Assembly (NCBI RefSeq): GCF_000195755.1
Contig: NC_002937.3
Span: 960,001-992,000, forward strand
DNA: 32,000 nt
Direction of reading: 5' to 3'
From: Nitratidesulfovibrio vulgaris str. Hildenborough
Lineage (GTDB): Bacteria > Desulfobacterota > Desulfovibrionia > Desulfovibrionales > Desulfovibrionaceae
The notes under the pieces: model-generated
Told to the model about the DNA's origin: nothing
What the model saw: the letters and a program-made list of their open reading frames with translations, nothing else
The model's database searches: none
Made by a program: the position numbers and the translations under genes
In this document: piece by piece, positions 31,288-32,000 of the stretch
How the letters are laid out: each line of letters opens with the position of its first letter
Numbering within the stretch: position 1 is the stretch's first letter

Positions 31288-32000
31288 ATGCTGCGCAGCA
31301 TGACGGGCTTCGGCCGATGCTTCATTGAAGATGCGGGCTGGACGCAGACGTGGGAGGTTCGTAGCGTCAACGGGCGTCACCTCGATGTGAAGTGGCGTCT
31401 TCCCATGCTCCTGCGGGGGCTTGAGGCGCGTTTCGAGAAGGTGCTGCGCCGCTTCGGCACCCGTGGCAGGGTGGATGTGACCCTGTCGCTTCAGGCCCTC
31501 GGCGAGGGGATGCAGGGCGTGCGCTTCGACGCCGGACAGGCGGGTGCCATGCTCGACGCCCTGTCCGACCTTGCCGCCAGCCGGGGCGATACCTACGCGC
31601 CCGACTACAACCGGCTGCTGGGGCTGACCTTCCTGTGGGAGGACGCCGGGGCCGAACCCGATGAGGAGATGGTGGCTGCGCTCGAGGCGGGACTTGCCGC
31701 CGCGCTGGAGGACTGGAACGAATCGCGCGAGGCAGAGGCACGCGCCCTGTCGCGCGACATGGTGTCGCGGCTCATCCGCATGGACGAGTGGGTGTCGCGC
31801 ATCGAGGAACGTGCCCCCGACATCAAGGAAGAGCGTTTCACGCTGCTGCGCGACCGTCTCTCTGAAGCGCTCGAGGGCATGGGCTCATCGCTGGAGGAAG
31901 GGCGCTTCCTGCAGGAGATGACCTTGCTCGCCGACAAGCTTGATGTCAGCGAGGAACTCACGCGGTTGCGCGCCCACCTCGACCGCCTGCGTGAACTGCT
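31288..32000 (+). CDS. yicC: YicC-family protein (stress-induced endoribonuclease family); C-terminus beyond the window
   Basis: My own translation from ATG 31288 (GGAGG SD at 7-nt spacing) reads MLRSMTGFGRCFIEDAGWTQTWEVRSVNGRHLDVKWRLP...DVSEELTRLRAHLDRLREL, open to the window end. MTGFG and N-x-R-x-L-D are YicC N-terminal signatures. Confidence 0.9.
   Translation, partial: MLRSMTGFGRCFIEDAGWTQTWEVRSVNGRHLDVKWRLPMLLRGLEARFEKVLRRFGTRGRVDVTLSLQALGEGMQGVRFDAGQAGAMLDALSDLAASRGDTYAPDYNRLLGLTFLWEDAGAEPDEEMVAALEAGLAAALEDWNESREAEARALSRDMVSRLIRMDEWVSRIEERAPDIKEERFTLLRDRLSEALEGMGSSLEEGRFLQEMTLLADKLDVSEELTRLRAHLDRLREL

Noticed and set aside
1-32000. I looked for CRISPR arrays, IS elements or transposases, integrases, phage genes, toxin-antitoxin pairs, restriction-modification or other defence systems, and rRNA, tRNA, tmRNA or RNase P genes.
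   Set aside because: I found no spaced direct-repeat arrays, no long terminal inverted repeats, no recognisable transposase, integrase or defence motifs in any frame, and no cloverleaf-compatible sequences. The window reads as conserved core chromosome.

Overview
This is a high-G+C bacterial chromosomal segment, and most genes have G/C at nearly every third codon position. It is densely packed with core housekeeping genes. I call 30 protein-coding genes, two of them truncated by the window edges.

Genes by strand block:
- Minus strand, 1-13.5 kb: a group II PLP decarboxylase, cdsA, uppS, frr, pyrH, a GT2 glycosyltransferase, tsf, rpsB, a FAH-family hydrolase, RNase J, a DksA/TraR zinc-finger protein, a small CxxC...CxxC orphan and an EF-G paralogue.
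- Plus strand, 13.7-15.1 kb: a membrane-anchored hypothetical protein, a glutaredoxin-like protein and a ferredoxin:thioredoxin-reductase (FTR) catalytic-subunit-like protein.
- Minus strand, 15.5-16.8 kb: an amidohydrolase and a 4HBT thioesterase.
- Plus strand, 16.8-19.9 kb: MltA and a REC-PAS-HisKA_2 kinase.
- Minus strand, 20.0-23.6 kb: an aminotransferase, hom and an apgM-like metalloenzyme.
- Plus strand, 23.7-32.0 kb: aroK, a universal stress protein, aroC, recD2, an NlpC/P60 lipoprotein, mtaB and yicC.

Gene content and order resemble a Desulfovibrio-type (Desulfovibrionaceae) core genome. That is an inference I cannot verify without a database search.

I see no rRNA or tRNA genes, no CRISPR array, and no IS, transposase, integrase, phage or recognisable defence genes.

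Many long ORFs in the supplied track are antisense shadow ORFs typical of GC-rich DNA. Several real genes start well inside the listed ORF (uppS, GT2, rpsB, hom, aminotransferase, kinase, usp, aroC, recD2, mltA).

Loci I consider most worth a second look:
1. The 10.4-11.5 kb stretch. A lower-G+C orphan zinc-ribbon ORF sits behind a ~300-nt leader that ends in an intrinsic terminator only 17 nt before its start codon. An 11-bp tandem repeat there creates sigma54-like -24/-12 boxes. A second terminator butts against the Shine-Dalgarno (SD) sequence of the dksA-like gene.
2. The translationally coupled glutaredoxin-like/FTR-catalytic-like pair, which has no variable-subunit gene nearby and a CFC in place of CHC.
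3. The aminotransferase-hom-(apgM-like) operon, whose last gene is a candidate non-canonical homoserine kinase.
4. An EF-G paralogue in which Asp replaces the switch II catalytic His.

Nothing here is unambiguously a novel multi-gene system. All functional claims rest on motif recognition by eye.
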